A stretch of 64,000 bases of DNA, taken from the NCBI GenBank assembly GCA_002269645.1, contig NIVC01003591.1:35559-99558 (forward strand), read 5' to 3'. Shown here in pieces: positions 27,991 through 41,461 of the stretch (the stretch's first letter is position 1; each line of letters starts with the position of its first letter). The notes beneath the pieces are model-generated. The model did no database searches and had not been told where the DNA came from. It saw nothing but the letters and a program-made list of their open reading frames with translations. A program made the position numbers and the translations under genes. This DNA comes from Macrostomum lignano (lineage: Eukaryota).

Positions 27991-29499
27991 TAAATACCAA
28001 AACCAGCAAAAGATCCGAATGCGTGGGAGCGGTAAAAATTTGCTTTCTTGCTTCATTGAAAATACGAGTTGAGTCTGCAACTCAAATTGAGTGTAACTCG
28101 CTGGGCTCACGCAGCTCGAAGACCGGCAAAAATTCTTTAGACAATTGAGAATTTCTCAATTTTCTTCTTACTTGTAGCTTTTGTGAGTGAGAGCCAGCCA
28201 GTCTCTCGCCAAATTTATACCCTCCGCTTTCTTCGTCTTTCCGCATTTTTCGTCTAAATTCAGCTTGGCCCCATTGTGGCCCCGAGACAGCACATTTTGA
28301 CCTGAGCTGCCCTCTCCATGCGTTGTCTATTCATTGCTTTTTCTTCTCGTTTTTTACGCTAGAGTGAGCGAAGAAGAGGAGAGACGCTTGCGGGTAAATG
28401 GAAGTCTGTTTACAACTCGGAGTAGCACAGCTGACTACAATTGGCTTTGGCTTCGTAAACAGTCTGGAATCTCTGTCTAAGGTCTCGCATTTGGAACAGG
28501 TTTTTATTAGCTCTGCCTAGGAAAATATTTTCGACCTCAGAACTCCTAAAAATAGGTAGCTCAGACACGATTGAAGGAAGTTTGGCCAAGTTGCGTTTTG
28601 GGGTAATAAGCTAAGCTAAATACAGCTATTATCCGCGACGGGGAGAGGAAATCACGTGATCTGGGGTGCGCGAGCTTGGCCCGTCACGTGACCAGCTATA
28701 AAATTAGATGCAGAGTAATATTCGAGCAACTTCTAATATTAGAACAGGCACGTCCTTGATGCTAGAGATAACAAGAACCGGCCTCAATCTTTAACCGTTA
28801 CGAATTTACTGTAAAGAAAGCAGGTGGCTCTCTGACTGGTCCCTCAAAGTCTAGTATTTTCCTCCGCCAAAGCAATAAAACGGGATGTCAAGCTATAAGT
28901 CTGGGAAAGAAATATGGGGTTTGCCACGCAATTTTGTTATGTTCAGCTGTTTCCAAGTATTTTTAATGTCCTTCCGTATCTCGCTAACCCGTTGAAATTT
29001 CCTGTAGGTTTAAAGTTTATCTGGTTTATCTCAACTTACCGATGTTCTTCAAATTGTACCAGTCCCCGAACGGCTCTTTCTATAGAAGGAAGGTTATGAT
29101 AAGCGCAATTTTTTTTTAGAAAGAAACCGTTTGAAGAACGGAAGTGAATTCTGCATGTTTCCGGACCTGGATCCAGACATTGGCCCGTATGAATAAAATG
29201 GGTAATTGCTCGGGAGAAAATTCTTTTTGTAGAGAAGCATGTGAAGAAACTCAGGAGAAGACACTCTTAACTTGCTCTATTTGTTGTTTTCAAGTCTCAA
29301 CAAAGACGGATTAACAATCGGCAGGCAGCAAAGTACAAAAATGTTGAGTAAGCCACCGAGGCGGTGAGAAAAACTAGGCAAGCCCAGCAAACATGGCCCA
29401 AACTGCCTCATGGGTATCTCAGGCGTGGAACCCGAAACCAGATCTGGCAGGTTGTCGTTGTTCCCTATCTCCCCTGCTCCCGCTAAAAGAGTTTCTGTC

Positions 29500-29610
29500 T
29501 TCCCAGTTGAGGCTGAGGGAGGCTGCCGGCTGCATAGATGAGGATGGTGAGGAGCTCATTAGGAAGCCAAGTGAAGGGATTAATCAGTGGACTCCACGTC
29601 ATAACTTTCG
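29500..29610 (+). mobile_element. Possible decayed LINE ORF2 linker fragment
   Basis: IDEDGEELIRKPSEGINQWTPRHNF loosely resembles the RTE-type linker (DxxGxLLxxxxEIxxRWxxHF). Confidence 0.25.
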
Positions 29611-30606
29611 CTTTCTCAAGGGCCCACTAATCCGTCTAATGACCTGTTTGAGCAGTTGTGCTCAATATTTGCCTTGAGAATTTAGAAGGGAATCACCAGC
29701 GAAAAAAGTCAAGTAATCTCTCATACTTTGTTCTAAGGACAGTTAAAATGAAATAACAACTCAGATTAGTACTGTGCTGTGTAGGTGTAGCTCAGTACGA
29801 GCTATATTTCAGTTGCTGAGCGAAATCCATCATAGTGCGCAGTGCAGTGGCAATGTGTTCTCGAATCGTTCTGTGGTAAAACCGGGGACAGCAAGGAGAT
29901 CGCTCTACGGCGTGCTTGGACCTAAATAGTTTCAGTTACTAATCTAAGACAATCCTGAAACCCATAAAATTGAGTTGCTGACCGACTACACCGCTCGAGT
30001 CGATGCATTAATTACAGGTGCGTGTGGATTTGTTAGAATAAAAATAGTAGCTTAGGCGCCCTTCACAGATTCCAAACAGATGCGCATTATGTACATGAGC
30101 AAATCGGCGAGCAGCTGTGAAACCAAAATCAACTATAAAGAGGTAAATGTTAGGCATATGTATATAGTTATCTGTTACCGCGCTTGCATTGAGTCGCATT
30201 GAGATTGAGACTGTTCTATAGTCAACAGAGGCATACGAGCTACAAGAAGTATGAAGCGTACGAACGAGCTTACAGAGCACTAAAGTAAGTACAAGACGAG
30301 GCGCGGCAGTGTGACCTAAAACTAAAATAAACAGCCTTACCCAAAAATTCTGTGATTGCTATGATGCTACAGAGGCACAGGCATCCGCTATTCAGTAAGC
30401 TATATGTATTGTTTAGCGAAATGTGTCTTATAGCCAGTCATGCCAGTAAAATTTCTGTGGTATTTCGCCGACCAGTCTTCCGAATTCATCTCTCCGGAGA
30501 CAGCCGGCGCGGTCGAGATGTAACAGAAGGAGACAAGACTGTGGATAAAAACAGCGGCGGTAGACAGTTCGCTTTCTCTACTTAAAAATTCTCGGCCAGA
30601 GACTGC

Positions 30607-33600
30607 TCAGGCCACCGTGTCCTGCTTCTTCTTCTCGATGCGGTCAGCCTTCAGCAGCGACATGTTTGACGACATCGGCTTGGCGTCCGGCCCGCCGTCC
30701 TCGATCACCTGGGCGTCGTTGGCGCCGCGGCACAGCCGGGTAAAGGCCAGGTCGTTGGCGATGTCATCAAAGCTGCGGTTCTTCGTCTCCGGCATGCAGA
30801 CGAAGAAGAAGATCCAGAAGGGCACGACCACGCTCAGGTAGATGAGGAACACGTAGCCCTGGATGGCCAAGTTCAGGTTGACGAAAGTGGTGGACACGAT
30901 CAGGTTGGAGATCCACTGGACGCCCTGGCTAAGCGAGTAGGCGGCGCTCCGCGGCTCCTGACGGAAGACCTCGGCAACGATGAAGCCGGGGATGGTGCCC
31001 AGGCCGAAGGCGAAGCCAGCGATGTACACGAAGATGAAAAACATGAAGACGATGGAGAAGTTGCGCTTGACGTCGGGTGATTGAGTCTCCGAGACCACCA
31101 CGGCGCTGGCGCAGAGGACCACCAGGCTGACTGCCAGGAAAACGGACGGCACCAGCAGGAGGGTCCTGCGGCCGAATTTCTCCAGCAGAGGCAGCGAGGC
31201 CACGGTGCACACAACGTTGAAGAAGCTGAAGCCGAGGTTCACGTAGGGCACGTAGTCGCTATGGATGCCGGAGGTCTCCATCATGGTTGAGGAGTAGCTC
31301 ATTACCTGCGGGCCGAAGCGGGAGGTTGCGACAGGTGCAAGTCTTGACCCTGTTTAGATCCGGGTTCCATATCAGATTCGGGCCCCAGTAAACAGGGAAT
31401 TAGCATTTGATTAATTATGCATTTATGGTTGCATTAAGCGCGGGAGTTTTCCAGAACGCTCCGGATCGAGAGAAATTGGAGAGAATAATAGTTCACCCTC
31501 GGTTCCTGGGGGGGGGGGGGGTAGACTGAACACAGACCCGCTGCCTTGACTACAACAAGACTAAAGCGTCTAAACTGCGCTGACAATGCACTGCGGAGTG
31601 GGGCAGTTTACTGGAGGTAGTAAAAAACTTGAGAGAGAGAGAGAAGCGGCAGTTGCCATGCAGTGCTCTAGGGTTTAGTCAATGCGAGATACAGCTCAGG
31701 GCCGCAGCTGCTAGGGGACTGGGGGAGGGGGGCTCAAATTCAGCAGGGGATTTCAATAGACTCAGGGCATGCCGGGGTGCGGAATGAGTGCGAGAGTGTT
31801 AGTGACTGGGAGGGCAAAGCAGCGCCTTCCCTCCCTGCTCTCCCTTGCAGCTTGTTCCCCAACCTCTGTGTTACCGTTGTCATGGAAACCATCCACTCTA
31901 GCCTCAATCCCCCAGGCTAAGAAATCCTCAAAGCTCCACCCACGTAGCCCCCGCCCCCCGCCTCTGCCCCGCTCCCCAAACAGACGGCAACAACACGGCC
32001 TCGGTGAGGTTCCCTCTCTGTGGGGCGCAGCTTTGCAATAGAAAAGTGCACGCAACAGAAGGAGGCTGAGAGCCACGCCCCCATCAATCGATGGCTAAGG
32101 GTGAGCAGGTGACAGAGCCTGCTCAAGCTGTCCATCTGCTTCAGCTGCCAGCGGGGAGTCTAGCGGCAGCCTGGTCACCTGACAGCCATTTAATTATCTG
32201 AGCGCACATCGTCGGTGCTCATTAAGCAGGCAGTTTGCTGCTCATTATTGTCTTAAGCTAGCGGGCCTGAGAACTTGTCACGCTCTTAGACACCCCCGCT
32301 GGGAGCAGTTCAAACTGGTCAGACGCCTAATTGACGTCAGCCAGCCAGGTGCTTCATCATGTCTTAATTGATTACGAGAAAGTCCGTTTCTACCTATCTG
32401 TCTGCCATTTAGTCCTGGAGAGACCAACAGTTTTGCTTGGGCGACAGCTGCTGAGACAGCTGCTGGCGGCCGGATCTGCTTGGGCCAGGGGGGGGGGGTG
32501 ATTTTTTCTACCTCGCAAATCTCTACGATTGTGTGCACAGATTTCGTCAGCATGCATGCAGTAAAAGTGCCAGCTCCAGAAATAGCAGCGGAAACTATTT
32601 ACCAATTGCAAAGCTGCTAGCAGCCCGGGAGGAAGTCAGTCAAAGCATTCAGCTGACGGACAGTTCGCGGGGCGCCAAAACTGAAGATTGCATTGGGAAA
32701 GCATTGCGGTGCTGGGCTGGTCTTCTATTTGAAGACTAGCAGCTGGTCCAGCCAACCAGACCCCGCTAATGAGGGCCGCCCGTATGACGTCAGCAGCTTT
32801 CGGGTTCGGGGGGGGGTTGCCTTGGCAACTCTAATGGACAAATAATTGAGCGCAGGTAAAAAAGGATTTGATTGGCACAGCTGGCCAAACGACTGTCCAA
32901 ACCCTGGAGCGGAAAACTGCAGTTCTGACGGGCTCCGGGTGAGTCTCGAATCCCTTTGATGGAGGAATTCTTCACGGATAGCGCGTGCTGGCTCTCTGCT
33001 AAGCCCAATAAATAAATTGACTCTCGGGTCGGTCCGATTGCTTTAATTGACCTATTTACGACGACAATTTCGTCCTTCAACCGACCCTCAAGTCAGGGTT
33101 CTCTGGGAAATAGCATGTTCCAGAGAATTCGCATCGTGTCTCATTTAGTCGACATTTTCCCTGACGGGTCCCCAGGGGTCCTTGGTTCGAACTCCTCGGT
33201 ACAAGAGTTTTCCATTGGCATTAATAAATCATCTCATGATTGGCTGCTCACAGCATTGATGCCGCTCAGCTGCTGCATGATCTGGATTCCCACGGCGATG
33301 GCGACTGGCATGCGCAGGTCAGCCTGGGTGAACAGCTGGACAAAGTGGAACTTCTTGGCCGGAGCCGCCGCAGCCATGGGGACGTCGTCGGCGTCGTCCT
33401 TGACAGCGCACTCGCCAGCGGAGCAGGTGCCCTGCATCTCCTGGCGCATCTCCTCGATGTAATCCTCGGGATTATCGCCCGGGTATAGCCGCTCCAAGGC
33501 CTTCTTGGCGTCCTCAATGCGGCCCTTGTTCATGAAGAGAAACCTGGGCGACTCCGGGCAGAAGGGCAGCACGATCAGGGAGATGATGGCCGGGACCCCG

Positions 33601-36600
33601 GTGAGAGCCTGCGCCACGATCCACAGGTCCTCGTGGTTCATCGTCTGCTTCAGGCCGGAGCACACGAAGGCGACCAGAATGCCGATGGTCACCGCTAGCT
33701 GGTGGCAGGCGCCGATCGCGCCACGGATGTGGATTGGGGCGATCTCGGTCAGGTAGATGCTGGCGAGCCCGATGGTCACACCTGCGAGAGAGATGGGCGG
33801 GTGAGAGTGAGAATTGAATGCGGATTAGCGAGAAAAGAAAATTTCGGTACATGAGAGAGCGCATCAGCAATGCACTGCGCTGTGGGAGCGATGTGCTGGG
33901 GGTTATTGCAACTTGAAACACAGTGAATTTTGTGTCTGGTAGACCGTGTGAAACTTTGTGTGGGCGGGCGGAATGAGTGAACGAAAACTGCTACATCTTT
34001 CAGTCTCACGAGTTTTACTGCTTATATGTTCTCTTAATGTGAAATAAGCCAGACCGAGTGAACCTAGTCTGGAATTGCAAGTGCGCGCAGTCTGCGCGAA
34101 CGGGACACATTAAACCAGATGCGTTCTCACTGCTGGGCCGCGATTCTTACCGCAGTTGAAGCCGATGAACGCGCGGCCAATGTAGAGCAGATAGGGAATC
34201 TTGGTGGCCACGGTTGGCGCTGAGATGATGGCTCCGGCGATCATGAAGGCGTTGTTGAACAGCAGGCCGTTGCGTCTGAAGGGGCGTTTGGAGGGTGTGG
34301 CACGCAGCATGTAGTCTGCGGCACAGTGGGGAGGGTGTGGCACACTGCATGTAGTCTGGTACAGTGGGGAGGGTGTGGCACGCAGCATGTAGTCTGCGGC
34401 ACAGTGGGAGGCGAGGGTGTGGCACACGGCAAAAACCGGAGCACAAAAAACATACGCATCTACGCAGCTGCATGGTGGGCGTATAGTTAATCTGGAAGCC
34501 TCACTCTCTTGGGTGCTCTTGCTATTTTAGTATGGCAGTTTTAATCGTCTACATCCGACGCCCCGGCCCAGGAGGACAGGGCAGGAATGTGGAAGGCAGC
34601 CCCTCCCCCTTGTAAAATGGACTTTTTATTGCGCCTGTCTGGCCTCCGCGAGCGTATTGACGCAAATGCTGGTTGGGTGTTTAGGGTCATAAAACCTTAG
34701 AAGCCTGTAGGATTCCATTCCATTCCAACAATGAAGCACTGAAGCATGGCTGGGAGTGCAGCAAGGCTAAAGCACGAGTGTCTATGGGCGAGCCGTCCAC
34801 CATTGAATGCACGAGCCATGGAAGAACGATGGGATCTACATTGCTACCTTCAACGTTAATCTACGGCTTTTATAAGGACTAGTTCAGCGACCTAGTTTTG
34901 ACAAAGCATAAGACGGTAGCCCAGCTAAGCTACGGTTGCCCGAAGGGGACGGCTGTTCTGTTGCAGATTCGAAAGCAGCCTGCTCACAGAGCTCACGCCC
35001 ACGAGCTCCTTCTATCTCAAGTATTGGCCTCTGCGGGGTGGCAAAACCACTTCAAGTGAGACTGGTTGGAGGCTCCGTATTTAGTTGAGTACACATCAAG
35101 CTCAGAATACTTATCAAATAATTACCCATGCCTCATATTCTCAGCAATACTTCGTTTTAAGAGGCTTGGACAATTCTCTTTAAGTATGGCTTAATGCACT
35201 GCTAAATTAAGAATTCTATGACGCTCAGCTGTAAGCAAACACTATGAGACCAGTTGCTAATCAACTGAAGTCTCTAGCATAGGTACAGAATTACAGAAAT
35301 AGCTGATAAAAATACCTTCGGCGACATGGTCCCACCACCAGCGCTGACAGCAATTCTCCCCACTCCGCTGGCTCCTGAGCACACACAGACACGCACTCAT
35401 ACGCACGCTCACACAGGGTGTACAGGGGCCCTGACTGTCTAATCGTCAGGCATGTACAGTCTCTGTGCCTTGCTGGTTGACCATCATGCCCGTGAATCGC
35501 AGGACAACCCTCTCGGCCTATTCTCGTGCACAAGAAGAGGCCGTGGCGCCCCCCCCTCTAATAGAATGCTTAGAAAACAGTTCGCACAGAGCTCTGGCAG
35601 CGACACCTACCTTCCAAAGAAGTTCGAAATCGCACCGGTGCTGAAGGCACCGATTGCGCCGAACACGATCCACACCGTCATGATGAGGGAGTAGTACAGA
35701 CCGAGCTTGTGCCCCGCTTCGTCCACCGCAGTTTCCGGGGCGGTGCCGTTCGCATCCTTGCCGTTTTCGGCATTTTTCGAAAGATCCTTGCAGGGGATCT
35801 GCAGCAGGTTCTCGCTCAGGAAGCACATGATGTGCTGTACATGGGTAAAGAGGGATTTATTTGTTAGTAAAGTCTTGACCTTAAAGTCTAGAGGCTTGCT
35901 GTTTGAGATTCTCACTGGGGCGGATTTCTTTGGCTGAGATTCTCACTGGGGCGCATTTGTTTGGATGAGATTCTCACTGTGGCAGATTTCTTTAGGTGAG
36001 ATTCTCACTGGGGCGCATTTGTTTGGATGAGATTCTCACTGTGGCGGATTTCTTTAGGTGAGATTCTCACTGGGGCGCATTTGTTTGGATGAGATTCTCA
36101 CTGTGGCGGATTTCTTTAGGTGAGATTCTCACTGGGGCGCATTTGTTTGGATGAGATTCTCACTGTGGCGGATTTCTTTAGGTGAGATTCTCACTGGGGC
36201 GGATTTCTTTAGGTGAGATTCTCACTGTAGCGGATTTCTTTAGGTGAGATTCTCACTGGGGCGCATTTGTTTGGATGAGATTCTCACTGGGGTGGATTTG
36301 TTTGGATGAGATTCTCACAGGGGCGGATTTGTTTGGATGAGATTCTCACTGGGGCGGATTTATTTAGGTGAGATTCTCACTGGGGCGCATTTGTTTGGAT
36401 GAGATTCTCACTGGGGTGGATTCTTTGGATGAGATTCTCACTAGGGGGAATTTCCTTGGGCGAGGTTCTCACTGGGGCGGATTTCTTTGGGTGAGATTCT
36501 CACTGGGGCGGATTTCTTTGGGTGAGATTCTCACTGGAGCGGAATTCTTTGGGTGAGATTCTCACTGGAGCGGGTCTCTGCATACTCTGGCCGAGTAAGA

Positions 36601-36843
36601 GCCAGTTAGAGAACTTCTATTTATATAAAATAGCAAGTGCACTTTAAGCTTACATCCTTGGGCCCATTAAACACGGAGATATTGTATCCGTACAACATCG
36701 ACGAGCCAAAACAGGTGATAAAGCAGGACAGAATTAGCCACGGCGTCACCTGCAATTAATAATACAAGGAATGAATAGATAGAGCTGAGCCGAAACATGG
36801 TTATGAAATTAAGGTTGCACAACTTTACCGTTCGTTTTGCCAT
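30607..36843 (-). CDS. SLC2A: Facilitated glucose transporter (GLUT, sugar porter MFS), 562 aa. Exons 36843-36829, 36749-36654, 35834-35611, 34275-34151, 33781-33252, 31305-30607
   Basis: GT-AG junctions are phase-consistent (1689 nt). Motifs YGYN, FGRRNGL, YLTEIAP..IRG, PESPRFL, QQLSGINAV, EKFGRRTL, GFAFGLGTIP, EVFRQEPR, PETKNRSF. Exact orthologue not assignable. Confidence 0.95.
34291..34430. repeat. 40-bp tandem repeat (~3.5 copies) next to a GLUT splice acceptor
   Basis: gagggtgtggcacgcagcatgtagtctgcggcacagtggg repeated. Confidence 0.85.
35225..35550 (-). mobile_element. SINE family 2 copy (body + long 3' tail) in a GLUT intron
   Basis: Reverse complement aligns with 47285-47610 and 56400-56705. 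Confidence 0.7.
35900..36575. repeat. 31-bp minisatellite with palindrome gtgagattctcac, GLUT intron
   Basis: About 21 copies of gagattctcactggggcggatttctttaggt and variants. Confidence 0.93.
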
Positions 36844-37629
36844 GTTTCTTAGAATCGGTTGGGTTGATTATCTGGAGTACAGCAGTTGAGGCTTTACGAG
36901 ATGCTTAAAGGCGTCCGAATTCTCTTGCTTTCTGTGTTGCTAAGAGCGGCAGCAGAGGGTATTGTGGGTGCCAGAATTTACTTTACTATATAGGGCTGGC
37001 CGTGCGGGTGTGGGGGTGTGGGGGAGGGTTTGGTCTGGGCGTGACCAATAGCAAGAGCCGGGAGTGGCTGCTGTGTGCGTGCAGAATCCTGAGCCTGATG
37101 AGGAACGACGGGTTATGAAGAAGCCTTGCAGTTTTTTTTTCTGGAAAATTCCCACATCACTCCCGTGCATTTGAACGGGCTCAGCTGGGGACACTGCAGG
37201 GTCAGATAAAAATAGACGAGGCCGGTCCTCTGGGATGAAAATGTCTGGGATCCCGGCCTCTCCCTTCCTCGCTCCCCTCGGCCCTCTCCAACTCTCTCTC
37301 TTCCCTTCCTAAGTCCCTCTATCGATTGTGACTGCCAAATTTGGGAAATCTCTCCCCATCCGACCCAATCGCGTACTTGCGCTGACGTCCGAGTTACTGT
37401 TGGGCCTGCGGGCCTGCCTGCATTGCCTTTTATTCAGTGCCGCCTGAATGGCCTGCAATCAAAGAGTGACATTTTGGCCGCCGTGTAAACAGGCCATTTT
37501 TAGGATTTTATCCTGCATAAGAGTTTCTGCTGCACCGTGTTTGCCAGCGAGAAGAAGCTCGAGACTGAAGTCAGACAGATGTCAGCATGCGAAACCTCTG
37601 TTTTAAGGAGTTATTTAATTCGTGATTCC

Positions 37630-37790
37630 ACTGACTTCTGGGCATGCACTCATACGAACACACGCTCACTCAGGGTGTACAGCGGCCCTGACTTTCCTAT
37701 CGTCAGGCATGTACAGTCTCTGTGCCTTGGGGGTTGGCCATCATGGCTGTGACACGCGTTCACCCCTGAACTGCTGTGCCTCCCTTTTAG
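37630..37790 (-). mobile_element. SINE family 2 partial copy
   Basis: Shares ccaacccccaaggcacagagactgtacatgcctgacgat..gtcagggccgctgtacac with the other copies. Confidence 0.65.
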
Positions 37791-37934
37791 AAAGAGAAAG
37801 AGAGAATTCTGCCTAAACAGAATTTTAGGCCCCACATTCAGGACCAATCCCGCTAGCGAACAGCAGGTCACAAACTTCTAAAGTGCTCTGGCTCACTGCT
37901 CAAGGACCACTGAAATCTTTTTTTTTCATTAAAT

Positions 37935-38820
37935 GACCCATCGAGCATCCAATTTAGTTTGTGGGTCAGCTGACCCATCGAGCATCCAATTCAGTTTGTG
38001 GGTCAGCTGACCCATCGAGCATCCAATTCAGTTTGTGGGTCAGCTGACCCATCAAGTATCCAATTCAGTTTGTGGGTCAGCTGACCCATCGAGCATCCAA
38101 TTCAGTTTGTGGGTCAGCTGACCCATCGAGCATCCAATTCAGTTTGTGGGTCAGCTGACCCATCGATAGCCAATTCAGTTTGTGGGTCAGCTGACCCATC
38201 GAGCATCCAATTCAGTTTGTGGGTCAGCTGACCCATCAAGTATCCAATTCAGTTTGTGGGTCAGCTGACCCATCGAGCATCCAATTCAGTTTGTGGGTCA
38301 GCTGACCCATCGAGCATCCAATTCAGTTTGTGGGTCAGCTGACCCATCAAGTATCCAATTCAGTTTGTGGGTCAGCTGACCCATCGAGCATCCAATTCAG
38401 TTTGTGGGTCAGCTGACCCATCGAGCATCCAATTCAGTTTGTGGGTCAGCTGACCCATCGAGTATCCAATTCAGTTTGTGGGTCAGCTGACCCATCGAGT
38501 ATCCAATTCAGTTTGTGGGTCAGCTGACCCATCGAGCATCCAATTCAGTTTGTGGGTCAGCTGACCCATCGAGCATCCAATTCAGTTTGTGGGTCAGCTG
38601 ACCCATCGAGCATCCAATTCAGTTTGTGGGTCAGCTGACCCATCGATATCCAATTCAGTTTGTGGGTCAGCTGACCCATCGAGCATCCAATTCAGTTTGT
38701 GGGTCAGCTGACCCATCAAGTATCCAATTCAGTTTGTGGGTCAGCTGACCCATCGATATCCAATTCAGTTTGTGGGTCAGCTGACCCATCGAGCATCCTA
38801 TTCAGTTTGTGGGTCAGCTT
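37935..38820. repeat. 37-bp minisatellite with perfect 16-bp palindrome tgggtcagctgaccca
   Basis: About 24 copies; the 21-bp linker is near-constant. Confidence 0.97.
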
Positions 38821-39114
38821 TAAGCTAACCTTGGTTTAAAAATTGAAGACTAGGTCAACAAAAATATGAAAAATGATATTGGTAAACATTGTCTACATCA
38901 AAATATTTAGGCAGGTATAGGAATAGCTACTAATATGAGAATTATTAGTTTTACGTCCTTTTACATTTGTACTACAGTGATCCTTGTTACAGCCATGACA
39001 AAATATCTTGAACAAAAATAGAGAATCTTCATGGAGTTCCAGCTCTTCCTCCTGAACCTCATTTTCAATAACACTCTCCGCACCTCCCTTGAAAATCATG
39101 CGGATTGCGAGGCA

Positions 39115-39307
39115 TCGTCATCTACATTTTTAGAGGCATAAGGCAGAACAACCGAGAGAGGCATTACTGTCCATTCCACCTGCTCCCCTGAGCAGGCACA
39201 CAAGCGCGCGGATACTTACGCATTCAGTGTGCCTTGGGGGTTGGCCCTCAAGGGCATTAGACCCGAGCCGGGATTCTAATTTAGCTCCAAATTAAAGTGA
39301 CTGCACA
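39115..39307 (-). mobile_element. SINE family 2, truncated and internally deleted copy
   Basis: Aligns with 39370-39660. Confidence 0.65.
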
Positions 39308-39369
39308 GTCATAGTCATAGTCATCAAAATAGTCATCGACGTAGATATCGACATAGTCTTCGACATTTT

Positions 39370-39722
39370 ATTAGAGGCAGGGGGGTTGCGTGCACTCTGG
39401 CGCACTTTAAGCGACATAGGTACACAACCGGCGAGAGGCATTACTGCCCATTCCGCCGACTCCCCTGAGCAGGCATACAAGCGCGCGGATACGTACGCAG
39501 GCACACACTCACACAGGAGTGTACAGCGGCCCTAACTTTATTTTATCGTTAGGCATGTACACTTCACTGCACCTTAGGGGGTTGGCTCTCAAGGCCGTTA
39601 ATTGCACGAGCAGAGCCAAGCCGAGATTCCAATCCAGCCCCAAATTAATGTGACTGCACTTGGAATCGAGCCTGGATCGCTGGCACACCAGAGCCTGCGC
39701 TAGACCGCTGGGCTACGGCCCC
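39370..39722 (-). mobile_element. SINE family 2, near-full-length copy with tRNA-like head
   Basis: Minus strand: A box tagcccagcgg (39705-15), B box ggctcgattcc (39662-72), then the shared body. Confidence 0.75.
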
Positions 39723-39724
39723 CT

Positions 39725-40545
39725 TAGTCTTCGACATAGTCTTCGACATAGTCTTCGACATAGTCTTCGACATAGTCTTCGACATAGTCTTCGACATAGT
39801 CTTCGACATAGTCTTCGACATAGTCTTCGACATAGTCTTCGACATAGTCTTCGACATAGTCTTCGACATAGTCTTCGACATAGTCTTCGACATAGTCTTC
39901 GACATAGTCTTCGACATAGTCTTCGACATAGTCTTCGACATAGTCTTCGACATAGTCTTCGACATAGTCTTCGACATAGTCTTCGACATAGTCTTCGACA
40001 TAGTCTTTGGCATAGTCATTGATATAGTCATCGACATAGTCTTCGACATAGTTTTCGACATAGTCTTCGACATAGTCTTCGACATAGTCTTCGACATAGT
40101 CTTCGACATAGTCTTCGACATAGTCTTCGACATAGTCTTCGACATAGTCTTCGACATAGTCTTCGACATAGTCTTCGACATAGTCTTCGACATAGTCATC
40201 GACATATTCATCGACATAGTCATCGGCATAGTCATTGATATATTTATCGACATAGTCATCGATATAGTCATCGACATAGTCATCGACATAGTCATCGACA
40301 TAATCATCGACATAGTCATCGATATAGTCATCGAAATAGTCATCGACATAGTCATCGACATAGTCATCGACATAATCATCGATATAGTCATCGAAATAGT
40401 CATCGACATAGTCATCGATATAGTCATCGACATAGTCATCGACATAGTCATCGACATAGTCATCGACATAATCATCGACATAGTCATCGATATAGTCATC
40501 GAAATAGTCATCGACATAGTCATCGACATAATCATCGACATAGTT
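39725..40545. repeat. 12-bp minisatellite (tagtcttcgaca grading into tagtcatcgaca)
   Basis: Direct reading; the two variants occupy separate blocks. Confidence 0.97.
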
Positions 40546-41461
40546 CGAACTTTATTCGGGCATCTCTTAGCCTCTCAACTTTCGAACAAGATCTCCAATT
40601 GCTCAGGGAGATACTCGTGCTCAGGCGTCACACACTACGGCAGCCGCTACCCGCGTGCCAGTGCAGAGGAACTGCTGCGCTAAGCAAACTGCTGCGCATT
40701 GCGGAGTTCCAGAATTTCCCGAGAAATCTGATTGCGTCGCTCACACGAAAAAAAATCAAAGAAAAAGCGACTGTTTGGTTTAAAAAATGTAATTGCGCAG
40801 GCGCAGGCAGAGCTGCTACAATTAAGCTGCCTCTAATTATCTTCTTTTTCTGTGAATTTTCTGAGATTTTCTCGTTTTGCTTCTGGTTGTGTCCAAGAAC
40901 GACTTCAATAAAACAAACGGCAGCTGCTGATCCTGACGTCACAGTGTGTAAGCCGAAGGAAAAACAAGTTTTTCAGTTAAATCACGACGTTGTAAAACTT
41001 CAGAAAGCAATAGAAAGAAAGTACTTATAAAGTCTGCGACCTTTCGAAATGTAGAGAAATTCTCTGAAATTACCGATTGAAGAGCGGCGCCCAAGTAGTC
41101 GCCCATGACTCCCAAATTGTGGTGCATTTTAGATTATTTTGTATCTACACGACACCGGGACCTTTTGCGATATATTTTGATCGCGGAGAAATGCACCCGG
41201 TCGAGGAGGCTTTGAGGCTCAGTCAGAAAAGTTCAGAAAAAAACTTTAATTAACCGGACACTGTAGGATAGACAGTTGGAGAATTTTAATTTGACTCTGG
41301 GAGATTCCGTTTTGATTAACTTTAACCGACTGTGAACGTCAGAGCGAAAATTCCCTAAAAGGTCTTTACGCTTTGTATTGGGTATGAAAAAACTGTAAAT
41401 TAAGAGTACAATATAGAAGCATACTCAGTCAGTATTCAATTCTAGACTCAGTGCGTGTGTG

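Noticed and set aside
34830-35050. IYIATFNV, resembling a LINE endonuclease start
   Set aside because: Isolated motif with no continuous frame.
37935-38820. CRISPR-like appearance (37-bp period, palindromic repeat)
   Set aside because: Linkers are near-identical rather than unique spacers, there are no cas genes, and the context is eukaryotic.
39640-39722. tRNA gene candidates (also 9950-10019, 43960-44037, 45490-45545)
   Set aside because: A/B boxes are present but there is no complete cloverleaf or Pol III terminator, and they continue into repeat bodies, so they are SINE heads.
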